Shown here in pieces: positions 36,967-46,275 of a DNA stretch of 64,000 bases. Position numbers and translations under genes: made by a program. The notes beneath the pieces were generated by a model. That model was not told the origin of the DNA and did no database searches. It worked only from the letters and a program-made list of their open reading frames with translations. Where the stretch lies: contig OZ244653.1 in NCBI GenBank assembly GCA_965218795.1, forward strand, positions 1,408,001 to 1,472,000, in the 5' to 3' direction. Source of the DNA: a bacterium. Its GTDB lineage: Bacteria; UBA8248; JACPRG01; G963555815. Position 1 is the first letter of the stretch, and each line of letters opens with the position of its first letter.

Positions 36967-38769
36967 TCATTCGACTACGAGATCCACAAATTCGCACGTG
37001 TCCTCCGTGAGATAGGCCAAACCTTTGGTGGAAATCCGGTAATAGGGAATCGTCACGAGGGACACGAATTCGAGGTTCGTCTGAGGTGTTTCCAGTGTAC
37101 AGCCCATGTCGCGCCATGCCTTCAACAGGCTGTCCTGGGCCTTGAACACTTCGTCAAAAGGCAGGTCCGTCGCAAGACCGTTCAGCGGAGTCGGGAGGGA
37201 TGCCGCGACCTTTCCTTTTCGTAATGCGACAAACCCACCGTCCATCTTGATCGTCTCGTTCGCCGCCGCGGCCATGTCTTCATCAGAGGCGCCCACCAGC
37301 ACGATGTTCTGATTGAAAACATTCGCCGTTGTCCCGATGCACCCTTCTCGGAGGTTAAAGCCCTTCACAAAGGCGACGCCCATATCGCCGGTCCCCGAGA
37401 TTCGATCGATCATGCAGATCTTGTTAATGCCTCGGCCGGGGTCCGCCTGGATGGCCCCGTCCACGACCGACAGGGATTCGATCGACTCCGGGGTCTCGAG
37501 CGATCCGTCTCGCGTGGTGATGACGCGGACGTTGACCGTCGCCCCCGAGCCCCCGGGCGCGGCGACCCGGAAATCCTCCGGGCGCAAAACGCGATCGATG
37601 TTCATCGTTCCGTAGAGCCAGTCGGGATACTCCGGGTTTTTGAGCGGTTCCGTCAGCTTTCCGTCTTCCACCCATACCTTTCCGTTCGCCATGACCCTTG
37701 CGATCCGGAAATCCTCGAGATTTTCCACGAAAAGGATATCTGCGTAACGGCCGGGCGCAATCATTCCCATGTCATGGTTGACCCGGTAGAACTCCGCGGG
37801 CTGGATGGTGGACATCTGGATGGCCGTCATGGGCTCCAATCCGTTCCTGATCGCCACTCGAATGACATGATCCATTTGACCGCGTTCCAGCATCCAGTCG
37901 GGCGTGACGACATCGGTGCAGAGCTGGTAGGCGCGAGACGAGTGGCCATGCTTCGTCACCGCGGGGAGAACCTGACGGATGTCTTCGCAGGCGCTGCCTT
38001 CCCTGATCACGATGTACTGCCCCAGCTCCGCTTGTCTTTTGGCCTCTTCGTCGGATACGAGCTCGTGATTGTGCATGATGCCCGCGGCCGTCCAGGCGTT
38101 GGTGATTTTGTCATCGCTCATGCCGGCGGAATGGCCCTGGATCACCTTTCCTCGGCGGAGGCATCCCTCCATCAGGCGGAGCAGATCCCTATCGCGCAGT
38201 TCGCGCTTTAGCATCAACTCAGGGCTGATTTCCTCGATTCCCATGGTTTCCGGCCAATCGAGAGCATCCATCAGATCCTCGATGGTCGGCGCGTTCGGCG
38301 AGGGCGGGAAGCCGATGCCGCGGTTTTGGGTGTAGCACATGGTCGGAACGAGAAAGATGGGCTTGACCGGCGTGGCAAGGCACTCGTCCAAAAAGAACCT
38401 CGACGCCCGGATACCGTTCACAATCGCGTGTCCGTAAAATCCGTCTACGATCGCCGTCGAACCATGGAGCAGCCTGCAGGCGGCAAAGACCGTCGAATTC
38501 GTATAGGTGTGCCACTGGTGACAGTGGGGGTCGATCAAACCCGGGACCAGGAATTTCCCCTCCGCATCGATGACTTTCGTTTTCGAATCAACGGTGTAAT
38601 CGACATCCCCGATCGCAGCGATACGCTCTCCTTTGATCGCAACGCCATCGGAGTGGAGGGTTCCCGTATGCACGTTGACCACTTGGCCATGGGTAATCAC
38701 CGTGTCAGCCGGTTCATAGCCCATGGCCACGTCGATCAGCGCTTCGCGCTCAAGCCCGCCCTCGCTCAT
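36967..38769 (-). CDS. Adenine deaminase-like amidohydrolase
   Basis: PGLID.H.H, GH, HE, REGS, CTD, APGRYAD, adenine deaminase C-terminal domain. Confidence 0.85.
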   Translation of the reverse strand: MSEGGLEREALIDVAMGYEPADTVITHGQVVNVHTGTLHSDGVAIKGERIAAIGDVDYTVDSKTKVIDAEGKFLVPGLIDPHCHQWHTYTNSTVFAACRLLHGSTAIVDGFYGHAIVNGIRASRFFLDECLATPVKPIFLVPTMCYTQNRGIGFPPSPNAPTIEDLMDALDWPETMGIEEISPELMLKRELRDRDLLRLMEGCLRRGKVIQGHSAGMSDDKITNAWTAAGIMHNHELVSDEEAKRQAELGQYIVIREGSACEDIRQVLPAVTKHGHSSRAYQLCTDVVTPDWMLERGQMDHVIRVAIRNGLEPMTAIQMSTIQPAEFYRVNHDMGMIAPGRYADILFVENLEDFRIARVMANGKVWVEDGKLTEPLKNPEYPDWLYGTMNIDRVLRPEDFRVAAPGGSGATVNVRVITTRDGSLETPESIESLSVVDGAIQADPGRGINKICMIDRISGTGDMGVAFVKGFNLREGCIGTTANVFNQNIVLVGASDEDMAAAANETIKMDGGFVALRKGKVAASLPTPLNGLATDLPFDEVFKAQDSLLKAWRDMGCTLETPQTNLEFVSLVTIPYYRISTKGLAYLTEDTCEFVDLVVE

Positions 38770-38849
38770 TTTCCACTCTCCTCACCCGACGCCTGAACAG
38801 AGCTTGTGATCAGGCTCACGAAGGACTCGGTATCCGAGAACCATAAGGA

Positions 38850-40349
38850 CTAAGCACCGCTCACGAGGCTTAGAACACGCTCTTTATTCGCCTCCTCCCG
38901 TCCCAGGGTTTCAAGGATCTCTCCGTCCCGCCAGATCAAAACGCGATCGCTCATTCCTATTATTTCGGACAATTCATGAGAGACGAAGATCACGCCCGCG
39001 CCATCCTTTGCCAGCTGGTTGACGAGTTTGTAAATCTCCACCTTGGCCCGGACGTCGATACCGCGGGTCGGCTCGTTGAAAATGAAGAGCCTTGATTTGG
39101 CGCTCAGCGCTCTTGCGATCATCACTTTCTGCTGGTTGCCGCCGCTCAGGTACCTGGACAGCGTATTCAACGACGGTGTCTTGATATCGAGTTGATCCCT
39201 GTACATCTGACTGTCTTCTGTTTGTTTTCGTACGGAGAGGAGACCGGTTACGGTATATCGATTCAAGGCCGCAAGCGTGGAGTTGTCTTTGACGGACATC
39301 GGCAAAATGAGCCCCTCGGATTTTCGGTCCGCGGGGAGATAAAAAATCCCCGCCCGGATAGCATCGAAGGGAGAATGAACCGTAAAGGGCTTTCCGAACA
39401 GTTCGATCTCCCCCCAAGGGCGTCTTCCCAATCCCAGGAGCGCCCGAGCGAACGCCTCGTTTCCCGAACCCAGAAGCCCGGCAAAGGATATGATTTCGCC
39501 CGCTCGCAACTCGAAGTTGACGTTTTGGAATCGACCGTCCGGATCGTTGCAGCCCCTGACCTTCAAGATGGGTTCCCCTTTCCGGATGTCCTGCTTCGGA
39601 AAGGGTTCTTGAATGTCCTCGCCGACCATCAGTCTGGGCAGCTCGTCAATCGATGTTTCGCCCAGATCAACCGTGGCAATGACCTGGCCATCCCTGAGGA
39701 TCGTCGCCCGATCCCCGACCCGCTTGACTTCTTCCAGATTGTGAGAGATGTAGATGATCCCGACACCCTCCCTCTTGAGGCCCAGAATGATGTCGAAAAG
39801 ACGCTCGACCTCCTTATCCGTCAAGGCCGCAGTGGGCTCATCCAAGACGAGGACCTTGGCCTCCAATGCCAGGGCCTTGGCGATCTCCACGACTTGCTGT
39901 TCGTGAACGCCGAGCTGCTCGACCCGTCGATTGACGTTCAGCTCGAATCCGAGGCGCTCGACGACGTCGCGCGCGCGCTGCCTGATCGCTTTCCAATCGA
40001 CAAGTCCGTTCGACGTGACGCTCATCCCCAGATGAATGTTTTCCGCCACGGTGAGTTGAGGGATCAGCATGAATTCTTGGTAAACGGTGCAGACCCCGAG
40101 GTCTTTCGCATGAATGGGAGAGCGGATCTGAGTAGGCTCTCCGTTCATGTATATCGTGCCGGTGTCCATGCGCTCGGCGCCCGAGAGAATCTTGATGAGC
40201 GTGGATTTGCCCGCTCCGTTCTCACCGAGGAGAACGTGAATCTCCGAGGCTCTCAATCCGAAACTGACCCCCTTGAGGGCATGGACCCCGGGAAAAGACT
40301 TGTCGATCTTTTCCATGAACAGCAGAGGGTCGCCGTTTCGTTCGCTCAC
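38850..40349 (-). CDS. CUT2 (sugar/nucleoside) ABC transporter ATP-binding protein
   Basis: GENGAGKST, LDEPT, LSGGNQQK, EPTRGID; duplicated NBD. Confidence 0.94.
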   Translation of the reverse strand: MSERNGDPLLFMEKIDKSFPGVHALKGVSFGLRASEIHVLLGENGAGKSTLIKILSGAERMDTGTIYMNGEPTQIRSPIHAKDLGVCTVYQEFMLIPQLTVAENIHLGMSVTSNGLVDWKAIRQRARDVVERLGFELNVNRRVEQLGVHEQQVVEIAKALALEAKVLVLDEPTAALTDKEVERLFDIILGLKREGVGIIYISHNLEEVKRVGDRATILRDGQVIATVDLGETSIDELPRLMVGEDIQEPFPKQDIRKGEPILKVRGCNDPDGRFQNVNFELRAGEIISFAGLLGSGNEAFARALLGLGRRPWGEIELFGKPFTVHSPFDAIRAGIFYLPADRKSEGLILPMSVKDNSTLAALNRYTVTGLLSVRKQTEDSQMYRDQLDIKTPSLNTLSRYLSGGNQQKVMIARALSAKSRLFIFNEPTRGIDVRAKVEIYKLVNQLAKDGAGVIFVSHELSEIIGMSDRVLIWRDGEILETLGREEANKERVLSLVSGA

Positions 40350-40505
40350 CGCTTCCTGCCCTCCCTGACCCTCACGGACGCACATGTCGGATACAGCCTC
40401 GCTGGGGAAGACCCCGCCGTTTCCATCGAACCGCCGCTCATTTGCCCCTCGCGCGCGTGAGCCGAGATCGCCTGGACGAATTTGCAGAATTGATTTGATC
40501 CGGAT

Positions 40506-40545
40506 GGCGCGAAGGCCCCGTCCCTTGGGACGGGGCCTTCGCGCC
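40506..40545. other. Perfect 19-bp inverted repeat after the SBP gene (mRNA stabiliser/attenuator)
   Basis: GGCGCGAAGGCCCCGTCCC-TT-GGGACGGGGCCTTCGCGCC. Confidence 0.7.
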
Positions 40546-40554
40546 GGGTTCGGC

Positions 40555-41682
40555 TTACTTGGTCAGTACGCTGCCGGGCCTCCAGCCCGGAGCGGCGAAA
40601 TCGATACCCACGAAATCGTCATATTGATTGACGTTTTCCGGCGTGTAGGTTCTGATGGGCACGAAAATCTTCTTCGGGACGGGGTTGCCTTCCAGGATGT
40701 GGACCAGCATATAAGTGGCGTACAATCCTTCAAGTGCCGCGCCCTCGCTGAGACCCCAAGCGAACCAACCTTGCTTGAGCAGCTTGATCGATTCCTCGTC
40801 CATATGAACGCCCGTGACCCCGATCTCCCCGGGCTTCTTTCCGGCAGCCCGCAGGGCGGAGATGGCGCCTTTGCACTGGAAGTCCGCCGTGCAAAAAACC
40901 AGGTTCATGTCCGGCCAGCGGGTCAAGGCGTCCTCGGTCAGGCGTTGCGCGATGGTCCGGTCCATCTCGTGGTACCGCTCGCCCAGGATCTTCATCCCGG
41001 GGGCGATCTTCTTGAGGGTCTCCTTGAAACCTTTCGCGCGCTGCTTGCCCCACTCGACGCCGGGAGGTCCGTTGAGCATGAATATCTTGGCATCCTTGGG
41101 CAGTCTCTCGGCGGCGAGCTTCGCCTGGATCACGCCGGTCTCGTAATCGTTGATCGTCGCTCCCGGGGCCTCTTTGTAAGAGGTCGGAATCAAGGCGCTG
41201 GTCGTCGGGATTCCCGCGTTCCAGGCCTTTTTGACCGGCACGGCCACAGCGGAGTAGTCGACCGCCGAGATCACCATCCCGTCCACTCTTCGAGCGATGA
41301 GGTCTTCGATGTCCGAGATCATCTGGCCAAGCTTCAAATATCCTCCCGCGGGACGCAGGTCCATCCTGACACCCATGTCCTTCGCCGCCAGGTAGGCCCC
41401 ATAGGCGACGGCAATCCAATAGGGGTCCCGAACGTGCGGGATCACCATGGCCAAGTGGTACTTTTTCGACGGTTTCGGCCTCCACCAGCCGGTGTCTTCC
41501 CCCTCACGGATCACCCATTCCCCCTTCGGCTCGGTTCCGTACAACTTCCGGTATTGCTCAACCGTCACGTTGCGGCCCATCTTCTTTTGAGCGAAGGCCT
41601 GCGGTGTGAACATCAGCCATGACGAAAGGATGAAACCCAGCGCGATGGCCAAGGTGCAACCCATGAGCAACTTGCCTTTCAT
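40555..41682 (-). CDS. ABC substrate-binding protein, TorT/RbsB-like
   Basis: Signal peptide ending AFA-Q; PHVRDPYW..V.YG....A...G......AGGY. Confidence 0.88.
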   Translation of the reverse strand: MKGKLLMGCTLAIALGFILSSWLMFTPQAFAQKKMGRNVTVEQYRKLYGTEPKGEWVIREGEDTGWWRPKPSKKYHLAMVIPHVRDPYWIAVAYGAYLAAKDMGVRMDLRPAGGYLKLGQMISDIEDLIARRVDGMVISAVDYSAVAVPVKKAWNAGIPTTSALIPTSYKEAPGATINDYETGVIQAKLAAERLPKDAKIFMLNGPPGVEWGKQRAKGFKETLKKIAPGMKILGERYHEMDRTIAQRLTEDALTRWPDMNLVFCTADFQCKGAISALRAAGKKPGEIGVTGVHMDEESIKLLKQGWFAWGLSEGAALEGLYATYMLVHILEGNPVPKKIFVPIRTYTPENVNQYDDFVGIDFAAPGWRPGSVLTK

Positions 41683-41791
41683 GATCTTCCTCCTTTGTTT
41701 TGAAGAATCCTGACTACGACATCTGTACCCCAAGACCCTTGACCGTCACGGCGCTGAGAGCAGATAGAGAATTGAGGTAGGGTTTAGCTCT

Positions 41792-42793
41792 TTAAGCCTC
41801 ACTGCGATGCCGATATCGATCAACGACGATAGCGCCGATGATAATGATTCCAATAACGATCAACTGAACGAAGGATGAGACATTGTACAGGTTCAAACCG
41901 TTCTTGATGATAGAAAGAATCAATACCCCCAGAATGATCCCGAAGACCTTTCCCTCCCCCCCTCCAAAGGCGATCCCTCCAATGACAGCAGCCGCAATGG
42001 CGTCCAATTCGCGGCCCGTTCCCATATTGGGGGCGCCGATACCTCCCCGGGACGTCAGAACAGCCCCCGCGGCTCCGGCGAAAAGCCCACTGATCGCATA
42101 GGCGAGCGTAGTAACCGGGCGAATCTTGATTCCCGCAAGCCGGGCCGCCTCTCGATTGCCGCCCAAAGCGTACGTGTTTCGGCCCGTAGGGGTTCGCCTG
42201 AGGAATAGATACAGAACCGTAAACCCGAAAGCGCTGACAAAGAGCGCGAACGGGATCCGTCCCACGTAACCGTTTCCCAGGTATAACATGCTGTCGGGTA
42301 TGTTTCCGTGAAGAGGAATTCCATTGGTGACGTATAGCGCCAAGCCCCGGACGGTCGTCATCATGGCCAAGGTCACAACGAATGCATTCACGCTCCACAC
42401 GGAGATGATGATCCCGTTGGCGAGTCCGACCAGCCCCCCCACCAGGATGGCGGCAATGATTCCGGGAATGACACCCGCCACCCACACGGTTTGGACCATG
42501 CAAACACTGGTCAAAGCGATGACAGAGCCGACCGAGACGTCCACGCCTCCAGCAATGAGAACAACCGCCTGTCCACAGGCCAGCAGGGCCAGGGGCGCTG
42601 CCTGCCTCATGACATTCTGGATGTTGATCAAGGTGGCGAAACGCGGTTCAAGCAACGCAAAAACAATGACGAGAGCGACGAGAAAAATCAAGAGACCCCA
42701 CTGAAGCAGGATTTGCCCGATGCTCTGGGATGCATATCCAGCACGGGCCTCCACCATCCCCGCGGCGCTGGCGGGTGTCGGTTGTTGCGCCAT
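41792..42793 (-). CDS. CUT2 ABC transporter permease
   Basis: GGVDVSVG, GGNREAARLAGI, ELDAIAAAVIGG..FGGG.G. Confidence 0.94.
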   Translation of the reverse strand: MAQQPTPASAAGMVEARAGYASQSIGQILLQWGLLIFLVALVIVFALLEPRFATLINIQNVMRQAAPLALLACGQAVVLIAGGVDVSVGSVIALTSVCMVQTVWVAGVIPGIIAAILVGGLVGLANGIIISVWSVNAFVVTLAMMTTVRGLALYVTNGIPLHGNIPDSMLYLGNGYVGRIPFALFVSAFGFTVLYLFLRRTPTGRNTYALGGNREAARLAGIKIRPVTTLAYAISGLFAGAAGAVLTSRGGIGAPNMGTGRELDAIAAAVIGGIAFGGGEGKVFGIILGVLILSIIKNGLNLYNVSSFVQLIVIGIIIIGAIVVDRYRHRSEA

Positions 42794-42915
42794 CTTTAGA
42801 TTCCTTTCATCCCTTCACTTCCTCCCAGGAAGATCAGGAGTTGCCTGCTCGGGACACAAGGCGCAAAAATTCTCAAAGCTCGTTTGTGCGCTTGAGTTAT
42901 TAAGATTGGTAGTAA

Positions 42916-42944
42916 GCTATACTGAGTTTGGACTTTCATGTCAA
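42916..42944 (-). promoter_or_regulatory. Putative sigma70 promoter of the ABC/hydantoinase operon
   Basis: TTGACA-N17-TATAGC on minus strand. Confidence 0.6.
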
Positions 42945-43129
42945 GAGAATGTTGCTTCAGACTCTGTTGCGCCACGGATTCGGCCAGTCCGGAGAGTCTT
43001 TCAAAAGCTCTTGAGCGTATCGCAATCTCTAAGAATCAACGCGCTGGCATCAATAAACTCGAAGGGATCGCATGTTCGCCCATGCCATGAGACTTTCAAC
43101 CCGGTTTCCGGCCTTTTTCGTGACACTGG

Positions 43130-43582
43130 GGTCAGGACCGCCCGATTTGGAACCCGTTGAATCCCTCAGCGGAAAACCCCGCAGCACCACCCTCAAAGCG
43201 ACGGGCCTCCGACATGCCACCCTCGAGCCCTCGTCCCGATGCCGGGCCTTCTCTCAGGTCCGGTCGAAGCAAAGGCGTCTGGTGACAAATTCCCCGTGAT
43301 GAAGTCCGGTGGGCAACCAGGGTGACCGGGTGGACCAGTCAGGATGGACGGCACGGGTGCAGAAGGCTCACGGCCCTGCTTCACAGGTAAGGGGCAGGGA
43401 GGTGAATCATGAGGACGGGGAGCGGTGGCGGCATTACCATCGGATCCAGCCCCGCAACTCCCTGGGTTATCGGCCTCCTGCTCCGCGGGCCATGAATCTC
43501 ACAGCTTCCAGGCATCCCTGGTTTCCGGTGATGGGGGAGCAGTGACGAACTCGAAAAGTGGTACAACATGAGGGGCAGGTCA
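43130..43582 (+). mobile_element. Internally deleted IS3-family relic
   Basis: Fragments RCRAFSQVRSKQR, GRHGCRRLTALL, VNH, ERWRHYHRIQPRNSLGYRPPAP; end ...GGGGCAGGTCA; left boundary approximate. Confidence 0.65.
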
Positions 43583-43649
43583 GCCCGGATGTAGAAGCCG
43601 TGAGAGAGGCGGCTCATCGCCACCTCCCCCCGCTTTCAGGGGTTCCGAT

Positions 43650-45032
43650 TTGACGCAGCCTCCGCTTTCGATGATTTACGTTGCGTCTCACGGAGGGTTT
43701 CACCCGGAGCAGTACCCGTTGGGTGGGGGCGCCGCCGTTTCCCGGCAACTCATCGAGGCGTGGGGGGCGGACCCCGGAATCTCCCTTACGCTGCTTGCCC
43801 CGGGATTGCGGCCGCATGACCTTCCTGAGAACGTCCGGTACGTCCGCCTTCAAGTCCTCGAAGACAACGTCCACCCCGCCCAACTGGACCGAAGGGCTTA
43901 TACCCGCTTCTGCAGACGGTTCGAGGACTCCGCTACGTCATTTCTGGACTCCTTTCGGAAGCGGCCCCTCACCAACTCGTTCGCTGTACTGTGCAACGAC
44001 ATTTGTGAGGGGGTGGACTTCAAGCGGGTGGCCGCCATGGGGTTCCCGGTTACGACCATCTTCCACGTGGACGTCGCAGATTTCTTCTCGCGGATGTATC
44101 TCGGCTCGAATGGCCCTCCGGTGAAGCTGGTGAAGTTCTTCCGGTGGGTTTCAAAGGCCCATCTGTCCGGAAGTTGTCCGGACGTCTTACGGTTGGTCTT
44201 CGAGAAGCAGGCGGATTGTCTCCGACATTCTTCACGGATTGTCGTTCCGTCGGACGGCATGGTGCAGACGATAGCGCAGTGCTACGGGAACGAGATGGTT
44301 GAGAAGACGGCTGTTGTGCCCTGGGGCGGCTGGGAAGAGCCCGTATCAGAGTTAGAAGTCGAACAGGAAATGAAGAAGGCCGTCCGAGAGTTCGATCTGA
44401 ACGGGGAAACCACCGTACTGCTGACAATGAGCCGCATTTCTCCCGAGAAAGGCCTCGATCATCTCCTGAAGGCTCTCCGGCTTTGGGAGAAGAAAGCCAG
44501 CGAAGGAGATCAAACTCAATCGCCGAAACCGAAGGACATCCGGGTCCTCATTTGCGGGAGCGCGGCGTTTATGGGTGGTGAATCCTACGCGGCGAAGATC
44601 CGAAGGATGGCTTCGAGCCTGCAACGAATCCGGGTGGCGTTTCCAGGTCACGTCGGCGGAGCGAGAAAACGGGCCTTTTTTCGGGTTGCGGATCTGTTTG
44701 TCGTCCCGTCCCGACACGAGAGTTACGGCCTGACTCTGGTCGAAGCCCTCCGGCAGGGGGTGCCGGTGGTCTCCAGTGCAACCTGCGGGGCTCGTCACCT
44801 GGTGAACGAAAAATACGGCCGGACCATCTCCCTGGAGGGCAAAACCGGGACGGAGCGCCTCCTGAGGGCCATTCAGGATGTAACGGGAAAATCGGAAGTT
44901 TTGCGGTCGATGAAAAATGAGGCGCTCATTGCCGGCCGTGCCATGGACTTCACAACCGGCGCGGACACTCTCAAAGAAGTCATCGCCGGAACGATTGGGG
45001 AAGATCGAAACAAGCCCGGCAAACAGCGATAA
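43650..45032 (+). CDS. Glycosyltransferase family 4 (GT-B)
   Basis: SRISPEKG, FVVPSRHESYGLTLVEAL..G.PVV. Confidence 0.88.
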   Translation: MTQPPLSMIYVASHGGFHPEQYPLGGGAAVSRQLIEAWGADPGISLTLLAPGLRPHDLPENVRYVRLQVLEDNVHPAQLDRRAYTRFCRRFEDSATSFLDSFRKRPLTNSFAVLCNDICEGVDFKRVAAMGFPVTTIFHVDVADFFSRMYLGSNGPPVKLVKFFRWVSKAHLSGSCPDVLRLVFEKQADCLRHSSRIVVPSDGMVQTIAQCYGNEMVEKTAVVPWGGWEEPVSELEVEQEMKKAVREFDLNGETTVLLTMSRISPEKGLDHLLKALRLWEKKASEGDQTQSPKPKDIRVLICGSAAFMGGESYAAKIRRMASSLQRIRVAFPGHVGGARKRAFFRVADLFVVPSRHESYGLTLVEALRQGVPVVSSATCGARHLVNEKYGRTISLEGKTGTERLLRAIQDVTGKSEVLRSMKNEALIAGRAMDFTTGADTLKEVIAGTIGEDRNKPGKQR

Positions 45033-45096
45033 ACAAGCGATCTACCGGAGTCGGCCTGCATCGGAAACAGGATGCATTGAATGTTGACCCGGTCGA

Positions 45097-45189
45097 TTAC
45101 TTCTTCTTTTTGTGGCGATTCCTCGACATAAGCTTTTTGTGCTTATGCTTGCGCATTTTCTTTCTGCGCTTCTTGACGACACTGCTCAT
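45097..45189 (-). CDS. 30-aa basic protein, AURKAIP1/COX24 (bS22/mS38-like)
   Basis: MSSVVKKRRKKMRKHKHKKLMSRNRHKKKK; GAGGAG RBS; absent from the ORF track. Confidence 0.88.
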   Translation of the reverse strand: MSSVVKKRRKKMRKHKHKKLMSRNRHKKKK

Positions 45190-45460
45190 CAACGAAACTC
45201 CTCAAGTCGGTCCCGTCCTTCGTAAGCGAATCTCTACCACTCGCTCTGGACCGGATGGAAGGATATGGGGGAAGTCCTCGCCCGGCGGGACAGACTCATT
45301 CCCTATCCGTTGGCGTCTGCAGGAATATAGTCAATGAGGCGCCCAAAAGCAAGAAAGGGAACAGATCGCGACAACCCTGCTGCAAAAACACGGCTTTTCT
45401 TTTCGAATCGACTTCCGTAACATGAATGACGTTCTTCAATCTCTTCGAAAGGAGGAATTC

Positions 45461-45925
45461 ATGGGAGACGTTCTGCACACCATTCGCTCGCGCGTAGAGA
45501 AAGACGCAGGCGTGGTTCGGCGAGCCTACATCGAAGATTTCCCCGAACCCGTCCGATTTGGCATGCATCCCGGAATCAAGGCGATCTACGGGGTCGAGAC
45601 CCCTGAGGATCTGCCGGCGACTCTCGACTACATCGTCACCGCCGTCGCCTCATGAATGACGGGCAACCTTGGAGGCGCGCTGGAGGCGCGCGGAATCCCG
45701 AGTCACCCGGACAAGCTTTCCGCGAAGGTCGAAGGGGACATCGAGCGGATAGACGGAAAGACGTACATCAGTCGAATCCGGGTTCATTACACCGTTAAAA
45801 TTCCTCAGGGCAAGCGAGAAGAGGCGGAACGCGCTTTGGAGGTCCATGAAAGCAAGTGCACCGCTTCCCAAAGCGTGAGGCGGGGCATCGAGATCGAATA
45901 CACCGGAGACATCATCGAGGAGTGA
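45461..45925 (+). CDS. OsmC-like selenoprotein (in-frame UGA at 45653-45655 read as Sec)
   Basis: Two same-frame ORFs separated only by TGA at the first OsmC Cys position (TLDYIVTAVAS-U-MTG); second Cys in KCTASQS; GGAGG RBS. Confidence 0.8.
45660..45700 (+). promoter_or_regulatory. Candidate bacterial SECIS hairpin
   Basis: GCGCGC-TGGAG-GCGCGC (45675-45691), G-containing loop 26 nt after the UGA. Confidence 0.55.
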
Positions 45926-46142
45926 TTCCTTATCGGGATGCGGCTTCTTGAACGGCCGTCCCGCCGAAACCTTCTCCATGACCTATTCCGACCTGGCGGT
46001 GGTAATCCCCGCCTGGTGTGGCGAGGCGGTCCCGGATAACGATATCCGCGGCCGCCTCCACCAAACACTGGCCGGAGGGGGTATGCCGTCGATCCTTCCG
46101 AAATTGCCGTCTCTCTTTCCCCCGCAACCCGCCCTATATTGC

Positions 46143-46249
46143 CTGGATTCCTGCCTGCGCAGGAATGACGAAACAGAGTCACGCAGGCCCCCCAACCCGA
46201 CATTCCCGCTGGCCTGCCCCCGAATGTCTTAGTCGGGGGCGGGAATTCA
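46143..46249. repeat. REP/BIME-like element
   Basis: Same architecture as 29387-29495. Confidence 0.82.
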
Positions 46250-46275
46250 CATCAGCGGAAAACTCCACAACATCC

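Noticed and set aside
45948-46140. Glycosyltransferase-2-like stub (LAVVIPAW)
   Set aside because: The similarity is too short to support, and the ORF runs into a REP element
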